This document shows positions 13,251-27,036 of a stretch of 64,000 nucleotides of DNA, piece after piece (position 1 is the first letter of the stretch; the number at the start of each line of letters is the position of its first letter). The notes under the pieces were generated by a model. The model did no database searches, was not told the DNA's origin, and was given only the letters and a program-made list of their open reading frames with translations. Source of the DNA: Auanema rhodensis. Taxonomy: Eukaryota > Animalia > Nematoda. A program made the position numbers and the translations under genes. Location of the stretch: assembly GCA_964057225.1 (NCBI GenBank), contig OZ059900.1, positions 17,608,001-17,672,000 of the forward strand. Reading direction: 5' to 3'.

Positions 13251-15930
13251 TTCTGAGGGCACGCCCCTTATTGCTAATATTGATTAAATCGATTTTTGTT
13301 CATATGAGTCGTCAAATGCAACGAATTTCAGCGTGTTACATACTAAAATGAAGCATTTTACATGCTGAACACTAGAAAAATACAAATACACAGTATTTCC
13401 CATGAGAAATATTTTATTATGCTGGAAAACCAGTTTCTGGAAATTTCGCTGTAAACAAGGTTTTGACTTACGATTTCATGTGTTCAAACTCATGCAATGT
13501 CAATGAAACCTAGCTCAAAATTGTTCGTACAACGTCTAGTTCCACTTTCACGACAAAAAAACAGGGGTTAGAAAATTAAGGAAATTAGCATATTCTGAGG
13601 GCACGCCCCTTATGGCTAATATTGATTAAATCGATTTTTGTTCATATGAGTCGTCAAATGCAACGAATTTCAGCGTGTTACATACTAAAATGAAGCATTT
13701 TACATGCTGAACACTAGAAAAATTTAAAAACACAGTATTTCCCATGAGAAATATTTTATTATGCTGGAAAACCAGTTTTTGGAAATTTCGCTGTAAACAA
13801 GGTTTTTGACTTACGATTTCATGTGTTCAAACTCATGCAATGTCAATGAAACCTAGCTCAAAATTGTTCGTACAACGTCTAGTTCCACTTTCACGACAAA
13901 AAAACAGGGGTTAGAAAATTAAGGAAATTAGCATATTCTGAGGGCACGCCCCTTATGGCTAATATTGATTAAATCGATTTTTGTTCATATGAGTCGTCAA
14001 ATGCAACGAATTTCAGCGTGTTACATACTAAAATGAAGCATTTTACATGCTGAACACTAGAAAAATTTAAAAACACAGTATTTCCCATGAGAAATATTTT
14101 ATTATGCTGGAAAACCAGTTTTTGGAAATTTCGCTGTAAACAAGGTTTTGACTTACGATTTCATGTGTTCAAACTCATGCAATGTCAATGAAACCTAGCT
14201 CAAAATTGTTCGTACAACGTCTAGTTCCACTTTCACGACAAAAAAACAGGGGTTAGAAAATTAAGGAAATTAGCATATTCTGAGGGCACGCCCCTTATGG
14301 CTAATATTGATTAAATCGATTTTTGTTCATATGAGTCGTCAAATGCAACGAATTTCAGCGTGTTACATACTAAAATGAAGCATTTTACATGCTGAACACT
14401 AGAAAAAAACAAAAACACAGTATTTCCCATGAGAAATATTTTATTATGCTGGAAAACCAGTTTTTGGAAATTTCGCTGTAAACAAGGTTTTGACTTACGA
14501 TTTCATGTGTTTAAACTCATGCAATGTCAATGAAACCTAGCTCAAAATTGTTCGTACAACGTCTAGTTCCACTTTCACGACAAAAAAACAGGGGTTAGAA
14601 AATTAAGGAAATTAGCATATTCTGAGGGCACGCCCCTTATGGCTAATATTGATTAAATCGATTTTTGTTCATATGAGTCGTCAAATGCAACGAATTTCAG
14701 CGTGTTACATACTAAAATGAAGCATTTTACATGCTGAACACTAGAAAAATACAAATACACAGTATTTCCCATGAGAAATATTTTATTATGCTGGAAAACC
14801 AGTTTCTGGAAATTTCGCTGTAAACAAGGTTTTGACTTACGATTTCATGTGTTCAAACTCATGCAATGTCAATGAAACCTAGCTCAAAATTGTTCGTACA
14901 ACGTCTAGTTCCACTTTCACGACAAAAAAACAGGGGTTAGAAAATTAAGGAAATTAGCATATTCTGAGGGCACGCCCCTTATGGCTAATATTGATTAAAT
15001 CGATTTTTGTTCATATGAGTCGTCAAATGCAACGAATTTCAGCGTGTTACATACTAAAATGAAGCATTTTACATGCTGAACACTAGAAAAATTTAAAAAC
15101 ACAGTATTTCCCATGAGAAATATTTTATTATGCTGGAAAACCAGTTTTTGGAAATTTCGCTGTAAACAAGGTTTTGACTTACGATTTCATGTGTTCAAAC
15201 TCATGCAATGTCAATGAAACCTAGCTCAAAATTGTTCGTACAACGTCTAGTTCCACTTTCACGACAAAAAAAACAGGGATTAGAAAATTAAGGAAATTAG
15301 CATATTCTGAGGGCACGCCCCTTATGGCTAATATTGATTAAATCGATTTTTGTTCATATGAGTCGTCAAATGCAACGAATTTCAGCGTGTTACATACTAA
15401 AATGAAGCATTTTACATGCTGAACACTAGAAAAATTTAAAAACACAGTATTTCCCATGAGAAATATTTTATTATGCTGGAAAACCAGTTTTTGGAAATTT
15501 CGCTGTAAACAAGGTTTTGACTTACGATTTCATGTGTTCAAACTCATGCAATGTCAATGAAACCTAGCTCAAAATTGTTCGTACAACGTCTAGTTCCACT
15601 TTCACGACAAAAAAAACAGGGATTAGAAAATTAAGGAAATTAGCATATTCTGAGGGCACGCCCCTTATGGCTAATATTGATTAAATCGATTTTTGTTCAT
15701 ATGAGTCGTCAAATGCAACGAATTTCAGCGTGTTACATACTAAAATGAAGCATTTTACATGCTGAACACTAGAAAAAAACAAAAACACAGTATTTCCCAT
15801 GAGAAATATTTTATTATGCTGGAAAACCAGTTTTTGGAAATTTCGCTGTAAACAAAGTTTTGACTTACGATTTCATGTGTTCAAACTCATGCAATGTCAA
15901 TGAAACCTAGCTCAAAATTGTTCGTACAAC

Positions 15931-15940
15931 GTCTCTTTCA
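15931..15940 (+). other. 7-bp deletion (AGTTCCA) in one monomer
   Basis: GTCTCTTTCA versus consensus GTCTAGTTCCACTTTCA. Confidence 0.93.
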
Positions 15941-18900
15941 CGACAAAAAAACAGGGGTTAGAAAATTAAGGAAATTAGCATATTCTGAGGGCACGCCCCT
16001 TATGGCTAATATTGATTAAATCGATTTTTGTTCATATGAGTCGTCAAATGCAACGAATTTCAGCGTGTTACATACTAAAATGAAGCATTTTACATGCTGA
16101 ACACTAGAAAAATACAAAAACACAGTATTTCCCATGAGAAATATTTTATTATGCTGGAAAACCAGTTTTTGGAAATTTCGCTGTAAACAAGGTTTTGACT
16201 TACGATTTCATGTGTTCAAACTCATGCACTGTCAATGAAACCTAGCTCAAAATTGTTCGTACAACGTCTAGTTCCACTTTCACGACAAAAAAACAGGGGT
16301 TAGGAAATTAAGGAAATTAGCATATTCTGAGGGCACGCCCCTTATGGCTAATATTGATTAAATCGATTTTTGTTCATATGAGTCGTCAAATGCAACGAAT
16401 TTCAGCGTGTTACATACTTAAATGAAGCATTTTACATGCTGAACACTAGAAAAATACAAAAACACAGTATTTCCCATGAGAAATATTTTATTATGCTGGA
16501 AAACCAGTTTTTGGAAATTTCGCTGTAAACAAGGTTTTGACTTACGATTTCATGTGTTCAAACTCATGCAATGTCAATGAAACCTAGCTCAAAATTGTTC
16601 GTACAACGTCTAGTTCCACTTTCACGACAAAAAAACAGGGGTTAGAAAATTAAGGAAATTAGCATATTCTGAGGGCACGCCCCTTATGGCTAATATTGAT
16701 TAAATCGATTTTTGTTCATATGAGTCGTCAAATGCAACGAATTTCAGCGTGTTACATACTTAAATGAAGCATTTTACATGCTGAACACTAGAAAAATACA
16801 AAAACACAGTATTTCCCATGAGAAATATTTTATTATGCTGGAAAACCAGTTTTTGGAAATTTCGCTGTAACCAAGGTTTTGACTTACGATTTCATGTGTT
16901 CAAACTCATGCAATGTCAATGAAACCTAGCTCAAAATTGTTCGTACAACGTCTAGTTCCACTTGCACGACAAAAAAACAGGGGTTAGAAAATTAAGGAAA
17001 TTAGCATATTCTGAGGGCACGCCCCTTATGGCTAATATTGATTAAATCGATTTTTGTTCATATGAGTCGTCAAATGCAACGAATTTCAGCGTGTTACATA
17101 CTTAAATGAAGCATTTTACATGCTGAACACTAGAAAAATACAAAAACACAGTATTTCCCATGAGAAATATTTTATTATGCTGGAAAACCAGTTTTTGGAA
17201 ATTTCGCTGTAACCAAGGTTTTGACTTACGATTTCATGTGTTCAAACTCATGCAATGTCAATGAAACCTAGCTCAAAATTGTTCGTACAACGTCTAGTTC
17301 CACTTTCACGACAAAAAAACAGGGGTTAGAAAATTAAGGAAATTAGCATATTCTGAGGGCACGCCCCTTATGGCTAATATTGATTAAATCGATTTTTGTT
17401 CATATGAGTCGTCAAATGCAACGAATTTCAGCGTGTTACATACTAAAATGAAGCATTTCACATGCTGAACACTAGAAAAATACAAAAACACAGTATTTCC
17501 CATGAGAAATATTTTATTATGCTGGAAAACCAGTTTTTGGAAATTTCGCTGTAAACAAAGTTTTGACTTACGATTTCATGTGTTCAAACTCATGCAATGT
17601 CAATGAAACCTAGCTCAAAATTGTTCGTACAACGTCTAGTTCCACTTTCACGACAAAAAAACAAGGGTTAGAAAATTAAGGAAATTAGCATATTCTGAGG
17701 GCACGCCCCTTATGGCTAATATTGATTAAATCGATTTTTGTTCATATGAGTCGTCAAATGCAACGAATTTCAGCGTGTTACATACTAAAATAAAGCATTT
17801 TACATGCTGAACACTAGAAAAATACAAAAACACAGTATTTCCCATGAGAAATATTTTATTATGCTGGAAAACCAGTTTTTGGAAATTTCGCTGTAAACAA
17901 GGTTTTGACTTACGATTTCATGTGTTTAAACTCATGCAATGTCAATGAAACCTAGCTCAAAATTGTTCGTACAACGTCTAGTTCCACTTTCACGACAAAA
18001 AAACAGGGGTTAGAAAATTAAGGAAATTAGCATATTCTGAGGGCACGCCCCTTATGGCTAATATTGATTAAATCGATTTTTGTTCATATGAGTCGTCAAA
18101 TGCAACGAATTTCAGCGTGTTACATACTAAAATGAAGCATTTTACATGCTGAACACTAGAAAAATACAAAAACACAGTATTTCCCATGAGAAATATTTTA
18201 TTATGCTGGAAAACCAGTTTTTGGAAATTTCGCTGTAAACAAGGTTTTGACTTACGATTTCATGTGTTCAAACTCATGCAATGTCAATGAAACCTAGCTC
18301 AAAATTGTTCGTACAACGTCTAGTTCCACTTTCACGACAAAAAAACAGGGGTTAGAAAATTAAGGAAATTAGCATATTCTGAGGGCACGCCCCTTATGGC
18401 TAATATTGATTAAATCGATTTTTGTTCATATGAGTCGTCAAATGCAACGAATTTCAGCGTGTTACATACTAAAATAAAGCATTTTACATGCTGAACACTA
18501 GAAAAATACAAAAACACAGTATTTCCCATGAGAAATATTTTATTATGCTGGAAAACCGGTTTTTGGAAATTTCGCTGTAAACAAGGTTTTGACTTACGAT
18601 TTCATGTGTTCAAACTCATGCAATGTCAATGAAACCTAGCTCAAAATTGTTCGTACAACGTCTAGTTCCACTTTCACGACAAAAAAACAGGGGTTAGAAA
18701 ATTAAGGAAATTAGCATATTCTGAGGGCACGCCCCTTATGGCTAATATTGATTAAATCGATTTTTGTTCATATGAGTCGTCAAATGCAACGAATTTCAGC
18801 GTGTTACATACTAAAATGAAGCATTTTACATGCTGAACACTAGAAAAATACAAAAACACAGTATTTCCCATGAGAAATATTTTATTATGCTGGAAAACCA

Positions 18901-19512
18901 GTTTTTGGAAATTTCGCTGTAAACAAGGTTTTGACTTACGATTTCATGTGTTCAAACTCATGCAATGTCAATGAAACCTAGCTCAAAATTGTTCGTACAA
19001 CGTCTAGTTCCACTTTCACGACAAAAAAACAGGGGTTAGAAAATTAAGGAAATTAGCATATTCTGAGGGCACGCCCCTTATGGCTAATATTGATTAAATC
19101 GATTTTTGTTCATATGAGTCGTCAAATGCAACGAATTTCAGCGTGTTACATACTAAAATGAAGCATTTTACATGCTGAACACTAGAAAAATACAAAAACA
19201 CAGTATTTCCCATGAGAAATATTTTATTATGCTGGAAAACCAGTTTTTGGAAATTTCGCTGTAAACAAGGTTTTGACTTACGATTTCATGTGTTCAAACT
19301 CATGCAATGTCAATGAAACCTAGCTCAAAATTGTTCGTACAACGTCTAGTTCCACTTTCACGACAAAAAAACAGGGGTTAGAAAATTAAGGAAATTAGCA
19401 TATTCTGAGGGCACGCCCCTTATGGCTAATATTGATTAAATCGATTTTTGTTCATATGAGTCGTCAAATGCAACGAATTTCAGCGTGTTACATACTAAAA
19501 TGAAGCATTTTA

Positions 19513-22500
19513 CATGCTGAACACTAGAAAAATACAAAAACACAGTATTTCCCATGAGAAATATTTTATTATGCTGGAAAACCAGTTTTTGGAAATTTCG
19601 CTGTAACCAAGGTTTTGACTTACGATTTCATGTGTTCAAACTCATGCAATGTCAATGAAACCTAGCTCAAAATTGTTCGTACAACGTCTAGTTCCACTTT
19701 CACGACAAAAAAACAGGGGTTAGAAAATTAAGGAAATTAGCATATTCTGAGGGCACGCCCCTTATGGCTAATATTGATTAAATCGATTTTTGTTCATATG
19801 AGTCGTCAAATGCAACGAATTTCAGCGTGTTACATACTAAAATGAAGCATTTTACATGCTGAACACTAGAAAAATACAAAAACACAGTATTTCCCATGAG
19901 AAATATTTTATTATGCTGGAAAACCAGTTTTTGGAAATTTCGCTGTAAACAAGGTTTTGACTTACGATTTCATGTGTTCAAACTCATGCAATGTCAATGA
20001 AACCTAGCTCAAAATTGTTCGTACAACGTCTAGTTCCACTTTCACGACAAAAAAACAGGGGTTAGAAAATTAAGGAAATTAGCATATTCTGAGGGCACGC
20101 CCCTTATGGCTAATATTGATTAAATCGATTTTTGTTCATATGAGTCGTCAAATGCAACGAATTTCAGCGTGTTACATACTTAAATGAAGCATTTTACATG
20201 CTGAACACTAGAAAAATACAAAAACACAGTATTTCCCATGAGAAATATTTTATTATGCTGGAAAACCAGTTTTTGGAAATTTCGCTGTAAACAAGGTTTT
20301 GACTTACGATTTCATGTGTTCAAACTCATGCAATGTCAATGAAACCTAGCTCAAAATTGTTCGTACAACGTCTAGTTCCACTTTCACGACAAAAAAACAG
20401 GGGTTAGAAAATTAAGGAAATTAGCATATTCTGAGGGCACGCCCCTTATGGCTAATATTGATTAAATCGATTTTTGTTCATATGAGTCGTCAAATGCAAC
20501 GAATTTCAGCGTGTTACATACTTAAATGAAGCATTTTACATGCTGAACACTAGAAAAATACAAAAACACAGTATTTCCCATGAGAAATATTTTATTATGC
20601 TGGAAAACCAGTTTTTGGAAATTTCGCTGTAACCAAGGTTTTGACTTACGATTTCATGTGTTCAAACTCATGCAATGTCAATGAAACCTAGCTCAAAATT
20701 GTTCGTACAACGTCTAGTTCCACTTTCACGACAAAAAAACAGGGGTTAGAAAATTAAGGAAATTAGCATATTCTGAGGGCACGCCCCTTATGGCTAATAT
20801 TGATTAAATCGATTTTTGTTCATATGAGTCGTCAAATGCAACGAATTTCAGCGTGTTACATACTAAAATGAAGCATTTTACATGCTGAACACTAGAAAAA
20901 TACAAAAACACAGTATTTCCCATGAGAAATATTTTATTATGCTGGAAAACCAGTTTTTGGAAATTTCGCTGTAAACAAGGTTTTGACTTACGATTTCATG
21001 TGTTCAAACTCATGCAATGTCAATGAAACCTAGCTCAAAATTGTTCGTACAACGTCTAGTTCCACTTTCACGACAAAAAAACAGGGGTTAGAAAATTAAG
21101 GAAATTAGCATATTCTGAGGGCACGCCCCTTATGGCTAATATTGATTAAATCGATTTTTGTTCATATGAGTCGTCAAATGCAACGAATTTCAGCGTGTTA
21201 CATACTTAAATGAAGCATTTTACATGCTGAACACTAGAAAAATACAAAAACACAGTATTTCCCATGAGAAATATTTTATTATGCTGGAAAACCAGTTTTT
21301 GGAAATTTCGCTGTAAACAAGGTTTTGACTTACGATTTCATGTGTTCAAACTCATGCAATGTCAATGAAACCTAGCTCAAAATTGTTCGTACAACGTCTA
21401 GTTCCACTTTCACGACAAAAAAACAGGGGTTAGAAAATTAAGGAAATTAGCATATTCTGAGGGCACGCCCCTTATGGCTAATATTGATTAAATCGATTTT
21501 TGTTCATATGAGTCGTCAAATGCAACGAATTTCAGCGTGTTACATACTAAAATGAAGCATTTTACATGCTGAACACTAGAAAAATACAAAAACACAGTAT
21601 TTCCCATGAGAAATATTTTATTATGCTGGAAAACCAGTTTTTGGAAATTTCGCTGTAACCAAGGTTTTGACTTACGATTTCATGTGTTCAAACTCATGCA
21701 ATGTCAATGAAACCTAGCTCAAAATTGTTCGTACAACGTCTAGTTCCACTTTCACGACAAAAAAACAGGGGTTAGAAAATTAAGGAAATTAGCATATTCT
21801 GAGGGCACGCCCCTTATGGCTAATATTGATTAAATCGATTTTTGTTCATATGAGTCGTCAAATGCAACGAATTTCAGCGTGTTACATACTAAAATGAAGC
21901 ATTTTACATGCTGAACACTAGAAAAATACAAAAACACAGTATTTCCCATGAGAAATATTTTATTATGCTGGAAAACCAGTTTTTGGAAATTTCGCTGTAA
22001 ACAAGGTTTTGACTTACGATTTCATGTGTTCAAACTCATGCAATGTCAATGAAACCTAGCTCAAAATTGTTCGTACAACGTCTAGTTCCACTTTCACGAC
22101 AAAAAAACAGGGGTTAGAAAATTAAGGAAATTAGCATATTCTGAGGGCACGCCCCTTATGGCTAATATTGATTAAATCGATTTTTGTTCATATGAGTCGT
22201 CAAATGCAACGAATTTCAGCGTGTTACATACTTAAATGAAGCATTTTACATGCTGAACACTAGAAAAATACAAAAACACAGTATTTCCCATGAGAAATAT
22301 TTTATTATGCTGGAAAACCAGTTTTTGGAAATTTCGCTGTAAACAAGGTTTTGACTTACGATTTCATGTGTTCAAACTCATGCAATGTCAATGAAACCTA
22401 GCTCAAAATTGTTCGTACAACGTTTAGTTCCACTTTCACGACAAAAAAACAGGGGTTAGAAAATTAAGGAAATTAGCATATTCTGAGGGCACGCCCCTTA

Positions 22501-25500
22501 TGGCTAATATTGATTAAATCGATTTTTGTTCATATGAGTCGTCAAATGCAACGAATTTCAGCGTGTTACATACTTAAATGAAGCATTTTACATGCTGAAC
22601 ACTAGAAAAATACAAAAACACAGTATTTCCCATGAGAAATATTTTATTATGCTGGAAAACCAGTTTTTGGAAATTTCGCTGTAACCAAGGTTTTGACTTA
22701 CGATTTCATGTGTTCAAACTCATGCAATGTCAATGAAACCTAGCTCAAAATTGTTCGTACAACGTCTAGTTCCACTTTCACGACAAAAAAACAGGGGTTA
22801 GAAAATTAAGGAAATTAGCATATTCTGAGGGCACGCCCCTTATGGCTAATATTGATTAAATCGATTTTTGTTCATATGAGTCGTCAAATGCAACGAATTT
22901 CAGCGTGTTACATACTAAAATGAAGCATTTTACATGCTGAACACTAGAAAAATACAAAAACACAGTATTTCCCATGAGAAATATTTTATTATGCTGGAAA
23001 ACCAGTTTTTGGAAATTTCGCTGTAAACAAGGTTTTGACTTACGATTTCATGTGTTCAAACTCATGCAATGTCAATGAAACCTAGCTCAAAATTGTTCGT
23101 ACAACGTCTAGTTCCACTTTCACGACAAAAAAACAGGGGTTAGAAAATTAAGGAAATTAGCATATTCTGAGGGCACGCCCCTTATGGCTAATATTGATTA
23201 AATCGATTTTTGTTCATATGAGTCGTCAAATGCAACGAATTTCAGCGTGTTACATACTTAAATGAAGCATTTTACATGCTGAACACTAGAAAAATACAAA
23301 AACACAGTATTTCCCATGAGAAATATTTTATTATGCTGGAAAACCAGTTTTTGGAAATTTCGCTGTAAACAAGGTTTTGACTTACGATTTCATGTGTTCA
23401 AACTCATGCATTGTCAATGAAACCTAGCTCAAAATTGTTCGTACAACGTCTAGTTCCACTTTCACGACAAAAAAACAGGGGTTAGAAAATTAAGGAAATT
23501 AGCATATTCTGAGGGCACGCCCCTTATGGCTAATATTGATTAAATCGATTTTTGTTCATATGAGTCGTCAAATGCAACGAATTTCAGCGTGTTACATACT
23601 TAAATGAAGCATTTTACATGCTGAACACTAGAAAAATACAAAAACACAGTATTTCCCATGAGAAATATTTTATTATGCTGGAAAACCAGTTTTTGGAAAT
23701 TTCGCTGTAACCAAGGTTTTGACTTACGATTTCATGTGTTCAAACTCATGCAATGTCAATGAAACCTAGCTCAAAATTGTTCGTACAACGTCTAGTTCCA
23801 CTTTCACGACAAAAAAACAGGGGTTAGAAAATTAAGGAAATTAGCATATTCTGAGGGCACGCCCCTTATGGCTAATATTGATTAAATCGATTTTTGTTCA
23901 TATGAGTCGTCAAATGCAACGAATTTCAGCGTGTTACATACTAAAATGAAGCATTTTACATGCTGAACACTAGAAAAATACAAAAACACAGTATTTCCCA
24001 TGAGAAATATTTTATTATGCTGGAAAACCAGTTTTTGGAAATTTCGCTGTAAACAAGGTTTTGACTTACGATTTCATGTGTTCAAACTCATGCAATGTCA
24101 ATGAAACCTAGCTCAAAATTGTTCGTACAACGTCTAGTTCCACTTTCACGACAAAAAAACAGGGGTTAGAAAATTAAGGAAATTAGCATATTCTGAGGGC
24201 ACGCCCCTTATGGCTAATATTGATTAAATCGATTTTTGTTCATATGAGTCGTCAAATGCAACGAATTTCAGCGTGTTACATACTAAAATGAAGCATTTTA
24301 CATGCTGAACACTAGAAAAATACAAAAACACAGTATTTCCCATGAGAAATATTTTATTATGCTGGAAAACCAGTTTTTGGAAATTTCGCTGTAAACAAGG
24401 TTTTGACTTACGATTTCATGTGTTCAAACTCATGCAATGTCAATGAAACCTAGCTCAAAATTGTTCGTACAACGTCTAGTTCCACTTTCACGACAAAAAA
24501 ACAGGGGTTAGAAAATTAAGGAAATTAGCATATTCTGAGGGCACGCCCCTTATGGCTAATATTGATTAAATCGATTTTTGTTCATATGAGTCGTCAAATG
24601 CAACGAATTTCAGCGTGTTACATACTAAAATGAAGCATTTTACATGCTGAACACTAGAAAAATACAAAAACACAGTATTTCCCATGAGAAATATTTTATT
24701 ATGCTGGAAAACCAGTTTTTGGAAATTTCGCTGTAACCAAGGTTTTGACTTACGATTTCATGTGTTCAAACTCATGCAATGTCAATGAAACCTAGCTCAA
24801 AATTGTTCGTACAACGTCTAGTTCCACTTTCACGACAAAAAAACAGGGGTTAGAAAATTAAGGAAATTAGCATATTCTGAGGGCACGCCCCTTATGGCTA
24901 ATATTGATTAAATCGATTTTTGTTCATATGAGTCGTCAAATGCAACGAATTTCAGCGTGTTACATACTAAAATGAAGCATTTTACATGCTGAACACTAGA
25001 AAAATACAAAAACACAGTATTTCCCATGAGAAATATTTTATTATGCTGGAAAACCAGTTTTTGGAAATTTCGCTGTAAACAAGGTTTTGACTTACGATTT
25101 CATGTGTTCAAACTCATGCAATGTCAATGAAACCTAGCTCAAAATTGTTCGTACAACGTCTAGTTCCACTTTCACGACAAAAAAACAGGGGTTAGAAAAT
25201 TAAGGAAATTAGCATATTCTGAGGGCACGCCCCTTATGGCTAATATTGATTAAATCGATTTTTGTTCATATGAGTCGTCAAATGCAACGAATTTCAGCGT
25301 GTTACATACTTAAATGAAGCATTTTACATGCTGAACACTAGAAAAATACAAAAACACAGTATTTCCCATGAGAAATATTTTATTATGCTGGAAAACCAGT
25401 TTTTGGAAATTTCGCTGTAAACAAGGTTTTGACTTACGATTTCATGTGTTCAAACTCATGCAATGTCAATGAAACCTAGCTCAAAATTGTTCGTACAACG

Positions 25501-27036
25501 TCTAGTTCCACTTTCACGACAAAAAAACAGGGGTTAGAAAATTAAGGAAATTAGCATATTCTGAGGGCACGCCCCTTATGGCTAATATTGATTAAATCGA
25601 TTTTTGTTCATATGAGTCGTCAAATGCAACGAATTTCAGCGTGTTACATACTTAAATGAAGCATTTTACATGCTGAACACTAGAAAAATACAAAAACACA
25701 GTATTTCCCATGAGAAATATTTTATTATGCTGGAAAACCAGTTTTTGGAAATTTCGCTGTAACCAAGGTTTTGACTTACGATTTCATGTGTTCAAACTCA
25801 TGCAATGTCAATGAAACCTAGCTCAAAATTGTTCGTACAACGTCTAGTTCCACTTTCACGACAAAAAAACAGGGGTTAGAAAATTAAGGAAATTAGCATA
25901 TTCTGAGGGCACGCCCCTTATGGCTAATATTGATTAAATCGATTTTTGTTCATATGAGTCGTCAAATGCAACGAATTTCAGCGTGTTACATACTAAAATG
26001 AAGCATTTTACATGCTGAACACTAGAAAAATACAAAAACACAGTATTTCCCATGAGAAATATTTTATTATGCTGGAAAACCAGTTTTTGGAAATTTCGCT
26101 GTAAACAAAGTTTTGACTTACGATTTCATGTGTTCAAACTCATGCAATGTCAATGAAACCTAGCTCAAAATTGTTCGTACAACGTCTAGTTCCACTTTCA
26201 CGACAAAAAAACAAGGGTTAGAAAATTAAGGAAATTAGCATATTCTGAGGGCACGCCCCTTATGGCTAATATTGATTAAATCGATTTTTGTTCATATGAG
26301 TCGTCAAATGCAACGAATTTCAGCGTGTTACATACTAAAATAAAGCATTTTACATGCTGAACACTAGAAAAATACAAAAACACAGTATTTCCCATGAGAA
26401 ATATTTTATTATGCTGGAAAACCAGTTTTTGGAAATTTCGCTGTAAACAAGGTTTTGACTTACGATTTCATGTGTTTAAACTCATGCAATGTCAATGAAA
26501 CCTAGCTCAAAATTGTTCGTACAACGTCTAGTTCCACTTTCACGACAAAAAAACAGGGGTTAGAAAATTAAGGAAATTAGCATATTCTGAGGGCACGCCC
26601 CTTATGGCTAATATTGATTAAATCGATTTTTGTTCATATGAGTCGTCAAATGCAACGAATTTCAGCGTGTTACATACTAAAATAAAGCATTTTACATGCT
26701 GAACACTAGAAAAATACAAAAACACAGTATTTCCCATGAGAAATATTTTATTATGCTGGAAAACCAGTTTTTGGAAATTTCGCTGTAACCAAGGTTTTGA
26801 CTTACGATTTCATGTGTTCAAACTCATGCAATGTCAATGAAACCTAGCTCAAAATTGTTCGTACAACGTCTAGTTCCACTTTCACGACAAAAAAACAGGG
26901 GTTAGAAAATTAAGGAAATTAGCATATTCTGAGGGCACGCCCCTTATGGCTAATATTGATTAAATCGATTTTTGTTCATATGAGTCGTCAAATGCAACGA
27001 ATTTCAGCGTGTTACATACTAAAATGAAGCATTTTA
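19513..27036 (+). repeat. Trimeric higher-order repeat (1026-bp period)
   Basis: The GTAACCAAGG variant (A95C) is at 19607, 20633, 21659, 22685, 23711, 24737, 25763 and 26789, exactly every 3 monomers. Confidence 0.92.
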
